IMG/VR virus record: IMGVR_UViG_3300047095_000666
Span: 33,886 to 97,885 of that record
From: a virus
Length of the DNA: 64,000 bases
Reading direction: 5' to 3' (one strand)
Below the pieces are notes generated by a model, which worked only from the letters and a program-made list of their open reading frames with translations, was not told the origin of the DNA and made no database searches. The position numbers and the translations under genes are program-made. Every line of letters begins with the position of its first letter. Within the stretch, counting starts at the first letter, position 1. Below are positions 19,357 through 28,450 of the stretch, in pieces.

Positions 19357-19653
19357 ATGAAGTTCATCAATGTGGTGAAGTTCGTGGAGAAAGTGATCCC
19401 CTACGATAAGGCACTGCACTTCATCGTAGGGGACCTTACTTTCGTCCCGATCATTTTTCTGATGAAGCTGTTCCACATGAACACCTTCCAGATTACCATC
19501 TACGGGCTGGCGATCATCACCGGCCTTGCGGTGGCGAAAGAGGTCTACGACAAGGAGTCCCACAAAGGAACTCCTGACGCCAACGACATCGTGTACACGC
19601 TTCTCGGCGCTATTTCTACGCTCATAGCGTATCTGATAGGAGCCGTAATGTGA
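19357..19653 (+). CDS. Small membrane protein (VanZ-like DKxLHF motif)
   Basis: DKALHF...GLAVAKEVYDK...GTPDANDIVYTLLG; three hydrophobic segments. Confidence 0.7.
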   Translation: MKFINVVKFVEKVIPYDKALHFIVGDLTFVPIIFLMKLFHMNTFQITIYGLAIITGLAVAKEVYDKESHKGTPDANDIVYTLLGAISTLIAYLIGAVM

Positions 19654-19982
19654 GCAGATACGAACTCAGCGTCCTACAGCTCCAAGTCAACATGTGGAAG
19701 ATCGAGACTTGGATGCAAGAAAGAATCTCCCACTGTCAGATGAGTTTCTTCATCATCGGATGCGTACTCTCCTTCACCTGCCTTTTCATCCTGAAGATGA
19801 TTGGACTAGGCACGGTGGAGTGTGCTCTTGCTACCCTAGCTGTGGTTGTCGTCATGACGATCCTGGCAGGGGTGATGCGTCAGAAGAAATCCGTCATCAT
19901 CTACATACACGGCGAGTCGATCGTGAGCTTCATCGGAGCGATCCTCTGCGTACTCGCCTTCCTCATGGGAGCGATCAAGTGA
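19650..19982 (+). CDS. Small membrane protein
   Basis: Three hydrophobic segments with similar topology to the preceding gene; start uncertain. Confidence 0.6.
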   Translation: MSRYELSVLQLQVNMWKIETWMQERISHCQMSFFIIGCVLSFTCLFILKMIGLGTVECALATLAVVVVMTILAGVMRQKKSVIIYIHGESIVSFIGAILCVLAFLMGAIK

Positions 19983-20395
19983 AGAACGTAGAATTCCGGA
20001 AGATTTTCGGATTTATCCCAGTCCCAATATTCTGGACTGAAAAGACGCTTAAAGACTGGCAGGGTGGCTACTCTGTGGGCTTTTTCTGCGTCATCAGACC
20101 GAAATACCGGGATCGCGGCGACGAGGGGATCGTGCAGCACGAGCTGACCCACTGCAAGCAGTTCTACAAGCGGTTCCCGCTTCATGGTCTGCTGTACCGC
20201 TTCAACGACACGTACCGGCTGAATGCCGAGTGCGAGGCGTACGCGGTGCAACTGAAGAGCTACCCCGACCGGGCGGCTAACTTCGGCTGGATGGTGGATG
20301 CTATGGCTACGAAGTACAACCTCAAGTTCAGCAGAGACTTCATTGAGATCGAGTTCCGTCGGCATTGCTCCGACGTCGGCATCGATGTGGTCTAA
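19979..20395 (+). CDS. Small zincin-like (HExxH) protein
   Basis: GTG start overlapping the upstream TGA; QHELTHCKQ...ECEAY. Confidence 0.7.
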   Translation: MKNVEFRKIFGFIPVPIFWTEKTLKDWQGGYSVGFFCVIRPKYRDRGDEGIVQHELTHCKQFYKRFPLHGLLYRFNDTYRLNAECEAYAVQLKSYPDRAANFGWMVDAMATKYNLKFSRDFIEIEFRRHCSDVGIDVV

Positions 20396-20440
20396 AAAAA
20401 AATCACCCTATGGCGCTTTGCCATAGGGTGATTTCTATTT
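20394..20440. terminator. Bidirectional terminator
   Basis: A-tract, ATCACCCTATGGC/GCCATAGGGTGAT stem, T-rich tail, between convergent genes. Confidence 0.75.
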
Positions 20441-20572
20441 CTTCTCAATCAGGTCTCGAAGGAGCTTTATCTGCTCTTCGTTTTTCTTTGTATTTTTCTT
20501 GGCGAAGTAGACATGCATCGCTCCCAAGAAGACGAAGAACCCGATGTGGATCCAGAGCGAATACTCCGTCAT
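20435..20572 (-). CDS. Small single-TM protein (45 aa), not in the ORF track
   Basis: MTEYSLWIHIGFFVFLGAMHVYFAKKNTKKNEEQIKLLRDLIEKK; AAAGGAG RBS; starts just after the upstream stop. Confidence 0.6.
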   Translation of the reverse strand: MTEYSLWIHIGFFVFLGAMHVYFAKKNTKKNEEQIKLLRDLIEKK

Positions 20573-20573
20573 G

Positions 20574-21161
20574 TCAGACTCCTTTCAGTCTTGCCTTGAG
20601 CTGAGACTCTAGCTTTCCGGTGACTTCCTGCAGTTTGGCAATTCCGGGCGTATGGTCGAATCGAACCTCGATGCCGTATCTTGCGGTTTTCGTCTCCCCC
20701 GAATCCAGAGTGGCAACCACGTCGAAGTACTTCTTGACGTTGCCGGGGACTGGCGGGTGGTACTCAAACAACCCCTTCACTGACGGCAGCTCAGTTTCAA
20801 TCGTCTCCCACGACTTGTACTCTTTGATGGTTCCATCCCACATGTTGACCTTCATCGTGAGCTTGCCGTCAAAGAATCCGAAGAGATTGGGAGCCGAGAC
20901 AATTGCGCTGGCAGGTGACCCTTGGAAGATCACCTGCTGCGGGAACTCGTCCGAAAAGACGAATGAGTATCCTATGACAGTCGGGAGAGTGGCCCCTCCG
21001 GCTGCGGCGTCCGGAGAGTCCGGCGTGGATCCGCCTACAGATCCACCGTCGCTCTCGTCCGGAGTGTAGATTATTGATGTCGCGGAAAGAGGTTGGTTCT
21101 CAAACTGAGCGACTATGATCCCCTCCGGCAGTGACGCCGGATCGGGGCTCCATGTTCCCAT
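20574..21161 (-). CDS. Hypothetical protein
   Basis: 195 aa with AAAAGGAAA RBS. Confidence 0.7.
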   Translation of the reverse strand: MGTWSPDPASLPEGIIVAQFENQPLSATSIIYTPDESDGGSVGGSTPDSPDAAAGGATLPTVIGYSFVFSDEFPQQVIFQGSPASAIVSAPNLFGFFDGKLTMKVNMWDGTIKEYKSWETIETELPSVKGLFEYHPPVPGNVKKYFDVVATLDSGETKTARYGIEVRFDHTPGIAKLQEVTGKLESQLKARLKGV

Positions 21162-21174
21162 GCGGTTTTCCTTT

Positions 21175-22356
21175 TCAGTACCAGCCGTCCGGATCTCGGA
21201 CGACGATCAATTTCTCCTCAGCGCGAGTGACAGCGGTGTACAGCCAGCGGCGATGGAAGATCTTGTCTCCAAAGCACTCCTCGATGACGATCGGCTTACG
21301 GTATGACGAACCTTGGCTCTTGTGGCAAGTGATGGAGTAGGCAAAATCCATCTTGACGAAGCCACCCTTCTTGAGGAAGAACCTCTCCTCGTTGACGGTC
21401 TCGAAGTTCTTGGCCCCGTCGAAGTAGGGCTTGACGATCGTCGGGTACTTGTGACCGGGTTGGGTGTCGATCTCTCGGAGGAATCGATGCGACACGCCAA
21501 GGCAATCGGAGAGGCTCTTGTCGTTGTTGTCCTCGTCGCTGGTGATCACCAGTCCGTTGAACAACCCGAGTTCCTTGTAGTTCTCAAGGATGATCATCGG
21601 CTCGCCGGGTGCCGGGAAGTTGCCCGGAGCATACCCCTTGAGCTTCCGAAGCTTGCGGTTGTAAGCCTTCCGAGTATTGTTCTTCCCGACGATTAGCTGG
21701 TCAGATTGAAGCAGAAGCTTGTCCGTCAGCTCGTCGTCCTCGATCACCCAGACGCCGTCGCCGTACTTCCCGAATCCGAACTTTCGTCCCATCCGTATGT
21801 CCATCGACAGTCGGATGATCGGAGAGTCTTTCGCCTGACGGTGGACCTCGGTCAGAGCAGACTCCGCCTCGGCCATGAACTTACCGCTCTTGTCTACTGG
21901 ATCGTTCCCGATCGGGGGAAGCTGGGCCTCGTCTCCGACGAACAGGATCGGGATGCCGAAGCTCAGCAGGTCTTCTCTCATGGCCTTTGAGACCATACTT
22001 GCTTCGTCAACGATCAAGAAGGAGTACAGAGACTTCATCTCCTCCTTGGACCGGCGAGTGAAGATCAGGTCGCCGTTCGGCATCTCTTCGACCTTGTAGG
22101 CGAGACTGTGGATCGTCTTGGCGTCGGGGATGCCCTTCTTGCGGAGCACAGAAGCTGCCTTGTGGGTGAATGCAATCACCCCGATCTGCTTGTTGGTCCG
22201 GAAGTCGTCGCACTGAAGGATGAACTTCATCAAAGACGTCTTGCCAGTGCCAGCGTAGCCCTTCAGTCGCCAGAAGGGCTGCATCTTGTCGACGAACCAC
22301 GTTCGAATCTCGAAGAGGGCTCTCGTCTGCTCATCGGTTAGGATGATTTCGCTCAT
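21175..22356 (-). CDS. SF1B helicase (Dda/RecD-like)
   Basis: GYAGTGKT, AFTHKAA, TIHS, VDEASM, GDEAQLPP, HRQ, YSITCHKSQGS, YTAVTRA. Confidence 0.93.
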   Translation of the reverse strand: MSEIILTDEQTRALFEIRTWFVDKMQPFWRLKGYAGTGKTSLMKFILQCDDFRTNKQIGVIAFTHKAASVLRKKGIPDAKTIHSLAYKVEEMPNGDLIFTRRSKEEMKSLYSFLIVDEASMVSKAMREDLLSFGIPILFVGDEAQLPPIGNDPVDKSGKFMAEAESALTEVHRQAKDSPIIRLSMDIRMGRKFGFGKYGDGVWVIEDDELTDKLLLQSDQLIVGKNNTRKAYNRKLRKLKGYAPGNFPAPGEPMIILENYKELGLFNGLVITSDEDNNDKSLSDCLGVSHRFLREIDTQPGHKYPTIVKPYFDGAKNFETVNEERFFLKKGGFVKMDFAYSITCHKSQGSSYRKPIVIEECFGDKIFHRRWLYTAVTRAEEKLIVVRDPDGWY

Positions 22357-22682
22357 TGTTTCTCCTGTGAAGAAGGCGGAAGGCCGTCAAAGGACACCTC
22401 CAGCCGCATTGGGTTTTCCTGAGATGGACTAATGTCGTACAGTCCAAATCTCCATAGGTTTTCAAGACAGAATTCGACTACAAAAGAGAACTGCTCGTCA
22501 CACTCGATGACCACGATGTCTCTCTCGTTGTCGTAGAACACCGATATCTGAGTAGTGTTCCTTCCCGGATGTTTAGGACACTCGGCAACCAAGAAAGAAT
22601 TCAGCCAGAGGATCCATTCGATGGCCTCTTCGAATCGGCTCATAAGAACTTCACTAGGAACCCGGACACTCCTTGGAAGCAA
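22353..22682 (-). CDS. Hypothetical protein
   Basis: ATGA-coupled to the helicase; start may be the internal MSRFEE. Confidence 0.6.
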   Translation of the reverse strand: MLPRSVRVPSEVLMSRFEEAIEWILWLNSFLVAECPKHPGRNTTQISVFYDNERDIVVIECDEQFSFVVEFCLENLWRFGLYDISPSQENPMRLEVSFDGLPPSSQEKQ

Positions 22683-23002
22683 GGTTCCGGGTCATCTGTA
22701 ATCTCGTCAATTCCGAGGTGCCAGAGATTGAGTTCGAATTCTTCCTTCAAGAAGTCCACGACTGCTTTGGAGTTGACATCGTTTCCGTAGCTGCGGATAT
22801 CTGGGAAGATCCTCACCAGCAAGTCGTTGGATATCTTCTTCCTCTTGATCTTGACGTACTTCTCCAGATTCCACCGGCTGAGCGTCCAGTTGTCTTTGAA
22901 ACCTTTTGACTTGATCAGTTCTGTAATCTTTTCGTAGATGTAATCTTCTACTTGCTTCTTCTTGAGGAGCGTCTCGTGCTTCCGCAGAGATCCCTTGGAC
23001 AT
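22640..23002 (-). CDS. Hypothetical protein
   Basis: AAAGGAGA RBS, downstream of an early motif. Confidence 0.65.
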   Translation of the reverse strand: MSKGSLRKHETLLKKKQVEDYIYEKITELIKSKGFKDNWTLSRWNLEKYVKIKRKKISNDLLVRIFPDIRSYGNDVNSKAVVDFLKEEFELNLWHLGIDEITDDPEPCFQGVSGFLVKFL

Positions 23003-23034
23003 CGGATTTCTCCTTTCATTATATACTCATTTTT

Positions 23035-23043
23035 ATTATATAT
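23035..23043 (-). promoter_or_regulatory. Early-type promoter motif (G)ATATATAAT
   Basis: Heads the helicase operon; a second GTATATAAT lies at 23018-23026. Confidence 0.6.
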
Positions 23044-23070
23044 CACCGTTTGCCCGTTCTGTATTCGGGG

Positions 23071-23083
23071 AACTAGAGGATAG
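23071..23083 (+). promoter_or_regulatory. Late-type promoter motif AACT-AGAGGA-TAG
   Basis: About 24 nt upstream of the spike gene. Confidence 0.6.
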
Positions 23084-23107
23084 CTGAATCAACTTTAGGA
23101 CACGAAA

Positions 23108-23926
23108 ATGAGTTCGTCTTTGAAGTCTGTCAATGAGATATCGAGAGAGGGGCTGATGCGAGGAGTCGTCGTCAGCAACGAAGACCCTAGCATGGAGGGA
23201 CGAGTGGCTTTGAACGTGCCGAAGCTCGTCACCAAGCATGACCCGAAGAAGGTGATGCCGATCAAGTCGAAGGAGAGCATCGACACCTCCAACTGCAGGA
23301 ACGAGGAGATCAAGGACGCAATCAGCGCCAGCGTCGAGACCTGCAACTACATCTGGTTCCGTCCGGTGTTCAACAACTGTTTCCTCGTTCCCTATGTCGG
23401 ACAAGTCGTCTACTGCTTCCTTGAAGACGGGGACATCCGCAAGGCTTACTACCTGCCGCAGTCGGCCACCCTGAACGGGGAAGTGACGCCGATGGACCGT
23501 CTCAAGGCTACCGCCGACAAGTTCGACGCGGCCACGAAGCCGAAGATCCACGTCATCCAAGAATACCACGACGGGACAATCATCTACCACAACGAGAACG
23601 CGCCGAACAAGCGGCTTGCGATCACGTTCAAGAATAACCACTCGATTTCCATCAACGAGAACCCGGAAGAGAACAGCATCGAGCTGATCACCGAGAGTAA
23701 GCACAAGATCGTTCTCGACCAGCGAAACAAGCAGATTCTCATCAAGACTAGCGGTGGCCATACCATCCTCATGGACGACTTGGCACCGAAGATCCTGCTG
23801 AACACCACTGCGGGTCACAAGATCCTGATGGACGACCAACCGGGTCACATTACGGTCCAAGCTTCATCCGGTGGGGTGATCAAGATGGGCGGCGGATCTG
23901 GCGGCGGCACAGTAAATATCAACTGA
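23108..23926 (+). CDS. Baseplate central spike (gp5/gpV/VgrG-like OB fold plus beta-helix)
   Basis: RGVVVSNEDPSMEGRVALNVP, PYVGQVVYCFLEDGD; C-terminal repeats I.I.T..GH.I.MDD. Confidence 0.85.
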   Translation: MSSSLKSVNEISREGLMRGVVVSNEDPSMEGRVALNVPKLVTKHDPKKVMPIKSKESIDTSNCRNEEIKDAISASVETCNYIWFRPVFNNCFLVPYVGQVVYCFLEDGDIRKAYYLPQSATLNGEVTPMDRLKATADKFDAATKPKIHVIQEYHDGTIIYHNENAPNKRLAITFKNNHSISINENPEENSIELITESKHKIVLDQRNKQILIKTSGGHTILMDDLAPKILLNTTAGHKILMDDQPGHITVQASSGGVIKMGGGSGGGTVNIN

Positions 23927-23966
23927 AAAAAAAGAAGACCATAGACGCGAACGTCTATGGTCTCTT
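23926..23966. terminator. Bidirectional terminator
   Basis: A8, AGACCATAGACG-CGAA-CGTCTATGGTCT. Confidence 0.75.
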
Positions 23967-23974
23967 ACTTGCGA

Positions 23975-24736
23975 TTAGGCCGCGAATTTTTCCTTCAGAG
24001 CAATCAGCTTGTCAGCCTGCACGGTCGGCTTGCCGAAGTATTCTTCCGGGAAGTTGACGTACTCAACCTTCTTGAAGGTCGAGAGGATGCCGCGCAGCAG
24101 GTCGCTTTCGAGGTTGCTGCAGAATTGCAGAACAACGTTCTTCGCTTGCAGACCCTCCAGCTCCTTCAGGAACACCCAGTACTTGAACATCGAGAGAGCC
24201 TTGCGGCGCTCGACGTGGGGGATGTCCGCTTTCGGGTCGGTGGCATGGATCACGAACTGCGGCAGGCGGATCTTCTCCTTTTCCGAGAAGACAGAGATCG
24301 AGACTGCGTTCTCGACTTCCATCGTCGCATGCTTGGCGAAGACATGGATGGTGCCTTGGGCGAGATTGCTCTCGGAGTCCTCCAGCAGCGGCCAACGGGC
24401 TGCATCGAAGTTGTGGTGAACGACATTCATCTCTGGCAGGATCTTGCGGATCTGACCCAGCAGGTAGCTGCCGATCATGCCGCCGTTCTCGATGACGAAG
24501 TTCTTGGCGTCGGTGGCTGCAAGCAGGGACTCGATGCGGATCACAGACTCGTACCATTTGAGGGCACGCTGGATCTGGATCGCAGTGAGTTTGTTTTCAC
24601 CTTCCTTGGGCGGAAGGGTAGAAGCAACGAATGCCGGGAGTACGACATTTTCCTTCTTCTTCGGCGCACTGATTACCGCTTGTGCAGCTTCGATGTTTGC
24701 GTTGGCGGCGGCTTTGAAGGTGGCAACAATCTTCAT
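23975..24736 (-). CDS. Hypothetical protein
   Basis: 253 aa, AAGGAAG RBS, own early-type motif. Confidence 0.75.
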   Translation of the reverse strand: MKIVATFKAAANANIEAAQAVISAPKKKENVVLPAFVASTLPPKEGENKLTAIQIQRALKWYESVIRIESLLAATDAKNFVIENGGMIGSYLLGQIRKILPEMNVVHHNFDAARWPLLEDSESNLAQGTIHVFAKHATMEVENAVSISVFSEKEKIRLPQFVIHATDPKADIPHVERRKALSMFKYWVFLKELEGLQAKNVVLQFCSNLESDLLRGILSTFKKVEYVNFPEEYFGKPTVQADKLIALKEKFAA

Positions 24737-24811
24737 GATGTTCTTCCTTTTCTTAAGGCTAGGTTTCTGAGGTTACGACCCCTCTAGCTAATTCTAGCAG
24801 GGATCAATTAA

Positions 24812-24820
24812 AGAATATAT
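24812..24820 (-). promoter_or_regulatory. Early-type promoter motif variant (G)ATATATTCT
   Basis: One mismatch to RTATATNAT. Confidence 0.4.
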
Positions 24821-24868
24821 CAGCAAATATCTCGTTGCAACGGTACCTGCCATGGAGGATACCTCCAT

Positions 24869-24881
24869 AACTGGTATATAG
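24869..24881 (+). promoter_or_regulatory. Late-type promoter motif AACT-GGTATA-TAG
   Basis: About 23 nt upstream of ATG 24905. Confidence 0.6.
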
Positions 24882-24904
24882 CTGATCAATTATTTGTTAC
24901 TGTC

Positions 24905-25639
24905 ATGGCAAAGAAAAGCAAAACCAAACCAGAGACGATCGACATGGAGACGAGCGAAGCCGCTCCTCCTTGGGAGGACGGTTCCGAACAACCTCCAAGC
25001 TCCGTCGAGCTCGAAGTAGAGAATATCGAAGCGCCCGATGACAATCTAGAGATCATCGGCAAGAACCAAGAGTACTCTCTCACGATGTACCTGGACCCGA
25101 ACACGGATCCCAAGGTATTCATCCGATTCATCAAGAAAGTAGAGCGACTGGTCAGGGGAAATCCGGACTACAAAGACTACATCGAGAATCTGAGAGACGA
25201 GGAAGGGCTAGACACATGTGCGTACTTTGGGAAGGTGGACGTCAACAAGGCTGAGATTCACCTGCACCATTGCATCAGCAACCTCTACACGATCTGCATC
25301 ACCGTGTGCAGCCGCCTGATGGCGGAGGGGAAGCGGGTGTCGTCCTTCATTCTGGCCGACGAGGTCGTCAAGCTCCATCTGAGCAACAAAATCGGTCTGG
25401 TGCCGCTCACGGCTACCATGCACGAGCTTGCTCACGCCGGAAAGATCAAGATCCCGAGATCCGTCGTCTTCGGAGACTACGAGGCTTACTACGAGCAGCA
25501 CAAGGAGTACATGGACGAGTACGAGCTAAAGCTCTACGAGGATCTGAAGACCTTCGAGCACATCCAGCGCAACGACTTACCGCTACTCACCAACCAGACT
25601 GCGACTCCCAAGAAGGAGATCGAGGAGGAAGAGGAATGA
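24905..25639 (+). CDS. Hypothetical protein with HNH-like signature, paralog of 25929-26624
   Basis: IHLHH...LH...GLVPLTATMHELAH.G...VFGDY. Confidence 0.75.
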   Translation: MAKKSKTKPETIDMETSEAAPPWEDGSEQPPSSVELEVENIEAPDDNLEIIGKNQEYSLTMYLDPNTDPKVFIRFIKKVERLVRGNPDYKDYIENLRDEEGLDTCAYFGKVDVNKAEIHLHHCISNLYTICITVCSRLMAEGKRVSSFILADEVVKLHLSNKIGLVPLTATMHELAHAGKIKIPRSVVFGDYEAYYEQHKEYMDEYELKLYEDLKTFEHIQRNDLPLLTNQTATPKKEIEEEEE

Positions 25640-25932
25640 AATCCGTACAAGATTACATGCTGCACTTTCTCGACGAGAAGGCATCCGAGTTCAAGACCCT
25701 CAAGAAGTACCAAAAGCCCCTCACCGACGAGGAGCACAAGAAGGTCATGGACGCCGAGGCCGTGTGGCACAATGGCATAGGCGGGAAGACCGTCCCTGCG
25801 GTGTGGAAGTCGGTTCACCCGGAATCCGGGAAGGCGACCTACGTCTGTAACACCCACCGTGCCTACAACACCGCTCCGACGGTCGAGGGTGCGATCGGTC
25901 GTTTCCACAAGTTCATCAAGGGGACGGCATGA
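25636..25932 (+). CDS. Hypothetical protein (98 aa)
   Basis: Likely start MKSVQDY with ATGA overlaps at both ends. Confidence 0.7.
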   Translation: MKSVQDYMLHFLDEKASEFKTLKKYQKPLTDEEHKKVMDAEAVWHNGIGGKTVPAVWKSVHPESGKATYVCNTHRAYNTAPTVEGAIGRFHKFIKGTA

Positions 25933-26624
25933 GATCGTTAGGAAGCAAGCAGAAAGAAGAGAAGCTGCCGAAGAGCAGAGAGACCAATGCGTACTCGCTC
26001 TACGGCAAACCGGCCTTCTACGCAATCTTCAACCTCGAAGAGAACGAGAAGAACAAGACGAAGTTCATCCAGACGGTCGAGGGGATGGTCAGGACGTCTC
26101 ACGAGTACAGGAACTTCCTCAACTACCTGAAGCAGGAGGCGCAGCTGACCTACTGTTCCATCCTGAACGGGCTGAAGGACGAGGATCTGAAGGACATCTC
26201 GCTGGAGATCCATCACTACCCGTACACTCTGTACGACATCACGGAAGCGGTCATCAACCGCCACCTGATGAACCAGTTAGACTTCACCCGGCTGAGCATC
26301 GCCAATGAGGTCATGAATCTTCACTACATGCTCCAAGTTGGACTCGTGCCGCTGACGCTGACGATGCACCAAATGGCCCACACCGGGAACATCCTCATCG
26401 ACATGGAGCACGTCTTCGGAGACTACAAGCAGTTCTCCAAGGACTACGATCTGTATCTGTCCGAGGACGCCAAAGGCCGGTACATGCACTACTTCACGAG
26501 GAACAAGAACAAGGAACTCATCAAACAATACAACATGGACAAGCTGACGATCAACCCGAAGCTGTTCCAGCTCGAAGACAGGACAGAAGAGGAGCCGAAC
26601 GATGAGCTTGAAGAAGATTTTTGA
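25929..26624 (+). CDS. Hypothetical protein with HNH-like signature, paralog of 24905-25639
   Basis: LEIHHYP...LH...GLVPLTLTMHQMAH.G...VFGDY. Confidence 0.78.
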   Translation: MRSLGSKQKEEKLPKSRETNAYSLYGKPAFYAIFNLEENEKNKTKFIQTVEGMVRTSHEYRNFLNYLKQEAQLTYCSILNGLKDEDLKDISLEIHHYPYTLYDITEAVINRHLMNQLDFTRLSIANEVMNLHYMLQVGLVPLTLTMHQMAHTGNILIDMEHVFGDYKQFSKDYDLYLSEDAKGRYMHYFTRNKNKELIKQYNMDKLTINPKLFQLEDRTEEEPNDELEEDF

Positions 26625-26967
26625 CGCCATTTTCTCTGTGTTCCGGAGAAAGCCAGCACCCCCGCCGTCGCTGATTGCAGTGAACTTCGAAAAGGACATG
26701 GAATGTCTGTTTTCGATCATTTCCACCTACATCGAGAACGAGCGGTTTAAGATCACCATCTCGCAGAAAAAGGTGCTGTCCGACAGCGACCTTCTGGAGG
26801 TGTGCAACTCGGTGACTGCCAAGACCGTGACCGTGATCTCCGACGACTACAAGCGAGTCCTCGCCAAGTACTTCCGTGAGGAAGAAATGATCGAGTTCAT
26901 ATCGGAGATCGTTGTCCGCAACGTCGTCCAGCTCGGCCTTGAGATCAACAGGAAGACTCTTTCCTAA
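26602..26967 (+). CDS. Hypothetical protein
   Basis: 121 aa, GAGGAG RBS. Confidence 0.7.
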   Translation: MSLKKIFDAIFSVFRRKPAPPPSLIAVNFEKDMECLFSIISTYIENERFKITISQKKVLSDSDLLEVCNSVTAKTVTVISDDYKRVLAKYFREEEMIEFISEIVVRNVVQLGLEINRKTLS

Positions 26968-27004
26968 AAAAAAGAACCCATACCCGCAAAGGTATGGGTT
27001 CTTT
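26966..27004. terminator. Bidirectional terminator
   Basis: AAAGAACCCATACC-CGCAAA-GGTATGGGTTCTTT. Confidence 0.75.
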
Positions 27005-27008
27005 CATG

Positions 27009-27503
27009 TCACTTGATGAGCTCTATGCTAATCAGTTCTTCGGTGACAGGGTCAAAGGTGAATTTGACGTTCGGCTTACCGGCTCCCCCGAAATTGATGG
27101 AGTGACCGTTCTTGTAGTTGACCTCAGAAAGCTGAATGCATCTGTTCAACACAATGTCCGGTGTCTTCGGAGGTTTGAAGTAGTTAACCATCCGACCACC
27201 GGCAGTGTCGGTGAGCACCTTCAGGTCGCCACGCCAGAAACGCATGGACTTCTCTTTCTGGAGGAGTTCGTGGAGCTCGTTCGGGATCCGAACTCCGATC
27301 GGTTTGTCACGCAGAGGGCGACTGTACTCGTCCGGAACCTCGCCTTTCGGCTGACGATCCCAATACTCCTTGACATACTTCGTGCATTCCTCTTCAGAGA
27401 CGTGGATCGAGGTGCCGTCAGGTCGAGATCCCCAGCCTCTTTCCGACTCTTCCCAATCCAAGAGGTACGCGATGTGAACTTTGTCGTCAAAAGTGATGCT
27501 CAT
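27009..27503 (-). CDS. Hypothetical protein
   Basis: WEESERGWGSRPDG motif; AAAGGAGA RBS. Confidence 0.72.
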   Translation of the reverse strand: MSITFDDKVHIAYLLDWEESERGWGSRPDGTSIHVSEEECTKYVKEYWDRQPKGEVPDEYSRPLRDKPIGVRIPNELHELLQKEKSMRFWRGDLKVLTDTAGGRMVNYFKPPKTPDIVLNRCIQLSEVNYKNGHSINFGGAGKPNVKFTFDPVTEELISIELIK

Positions 27504-27516
27504 GATTTCTCCTTTA

Positions 27517-28287
27517 TCAAAGCATGATCTTCATCATCGGCATGATGATGTGTTGGTAGTTGCTCTCGATGTGCAGCTCGTCGATCATGTCGTCGTTTAC
27601 CACATCGAGATAAACATGGTGGCCCATCATTTCCTTCTGAAGCTTATAGGAATTGACAGCGTTGAGCTCTCGGTAGTACGTGTGAGACAGCTCCCTAGTC
27701 ACGTACGCTTGTCTCAGATCCCGGAGGTACTCGAAGATGAAGCGTTTCGGCTTGTACTCGCCGAACTCCATCAACTTTCTTATCTCCTCGATCAGGGTGT
27801 CCCGAATGTCGATCTCCGAGTCGAGACCCTTGAACCAGAATCTTCCGGTCTTCGAGTTCAGGAAGAATTCCTTCTTCTCAAGGAGCATGTACGACGTGGC
27901 CTCTTCTCGCAGAGTGAACTCGACGTGTTCGCCGAACCTCGTCTGCTCGATCGGGCTGTTGTAGAGGGTGATCGAGTCCTTCTTCACGCTCAGAACCTTG
28001 TCGTCCTCGACTAGATTCTCTTCCCGGAACATCGTCACGTACTTCCGGAAACCCTCGAAGAGCTCCTTGGTGAACTCTTTGTGCTCTCCTGCGTACTTGC
28101 CGATCTCGATGTGTCGGCGCTTCTTGTCCAGGGTCTTTAGATATCTTAAGAATTTCGTCGGCAGCAGGCCCTCGTTACGAGAGATCGAGTACCCGCCTTC
28201 AACGATATCGTACTCGCAGATCCTTTTGTTCCGCAGGTACAAAACGTCCTCGTTGAGGTACGTCAGATCGCCTAGTTTCTTTGCCAT
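27517..28287 (-). CDS. Hypothetical protein, possible minimal PolB-like palm domain
   Basis: ICEYDIVEGGYS, VLSVKKDSI, later SY and KG. The CDS is secure; the function is speculative. Confidence 0.6.
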   Translation of the reverse strand: MAKKLGDLTYLNEDVLYLRNKRICEYDIVEGGYSISRNEGLLPTKFLRYLKTLDKKRRHIEIGKYAGEHKEFTKELFEGFRKYVTMFREENLVEDDKVLSVKKDSITLYNSPIEQTRFGEHVEFTLREEATSYMLLEKKEFFLNSKTGRFWFKGLDSEIDIRDTLIEEIRKLMEFGEYKPKRFIFEYLRDLRQAYVTRELSHTYYRELNAVNSYKLQKEMMGHHVYLDVVNDDMIDELHIESNYQHIIMPMMKIML

Positions 28288-28301
28288 CGTCGCTTTCGCC
28301 G

Positions 28302-28310
28302 ATATATGAT
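28302..28310 (+). promoter_or_regulatory. Early-type promoter motif (G)ATATATGAT
   Basis: Points toward the RNAP beta-prime gene. Confidence 0.55.
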
Positions 28311-28353
28311 TTTCGTGTTATAATACGCTGTATCGCGTACTATCATCAGGTTC

Positions 28354-28362
28354 ATGATATAT
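28354..28362 (-). promoter_or_regulatory. Early-type promoter motif ATATATCAT
   Basis: Points toward 27517-28287. Confidence 0.55.
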
Positions 28363-28403
28363 GCTTCATCGAACCGTCGAAACGCCGATACAGAGAATGG
28401 GGT

Positions 28404-28415
28404 AACAGCATGTTA
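28404..28415 (+). promoter_or_regulatory. Late-type promoter motif AACA-GCATGT-TA
   Basis: About 35 nt upstream of the RNAP beta-prime gene. Confidence 0.45.
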
Positions 28416-28450
28416 TACGCGGCTCTTTTGAACGACAAGAAAGGAAAGAA

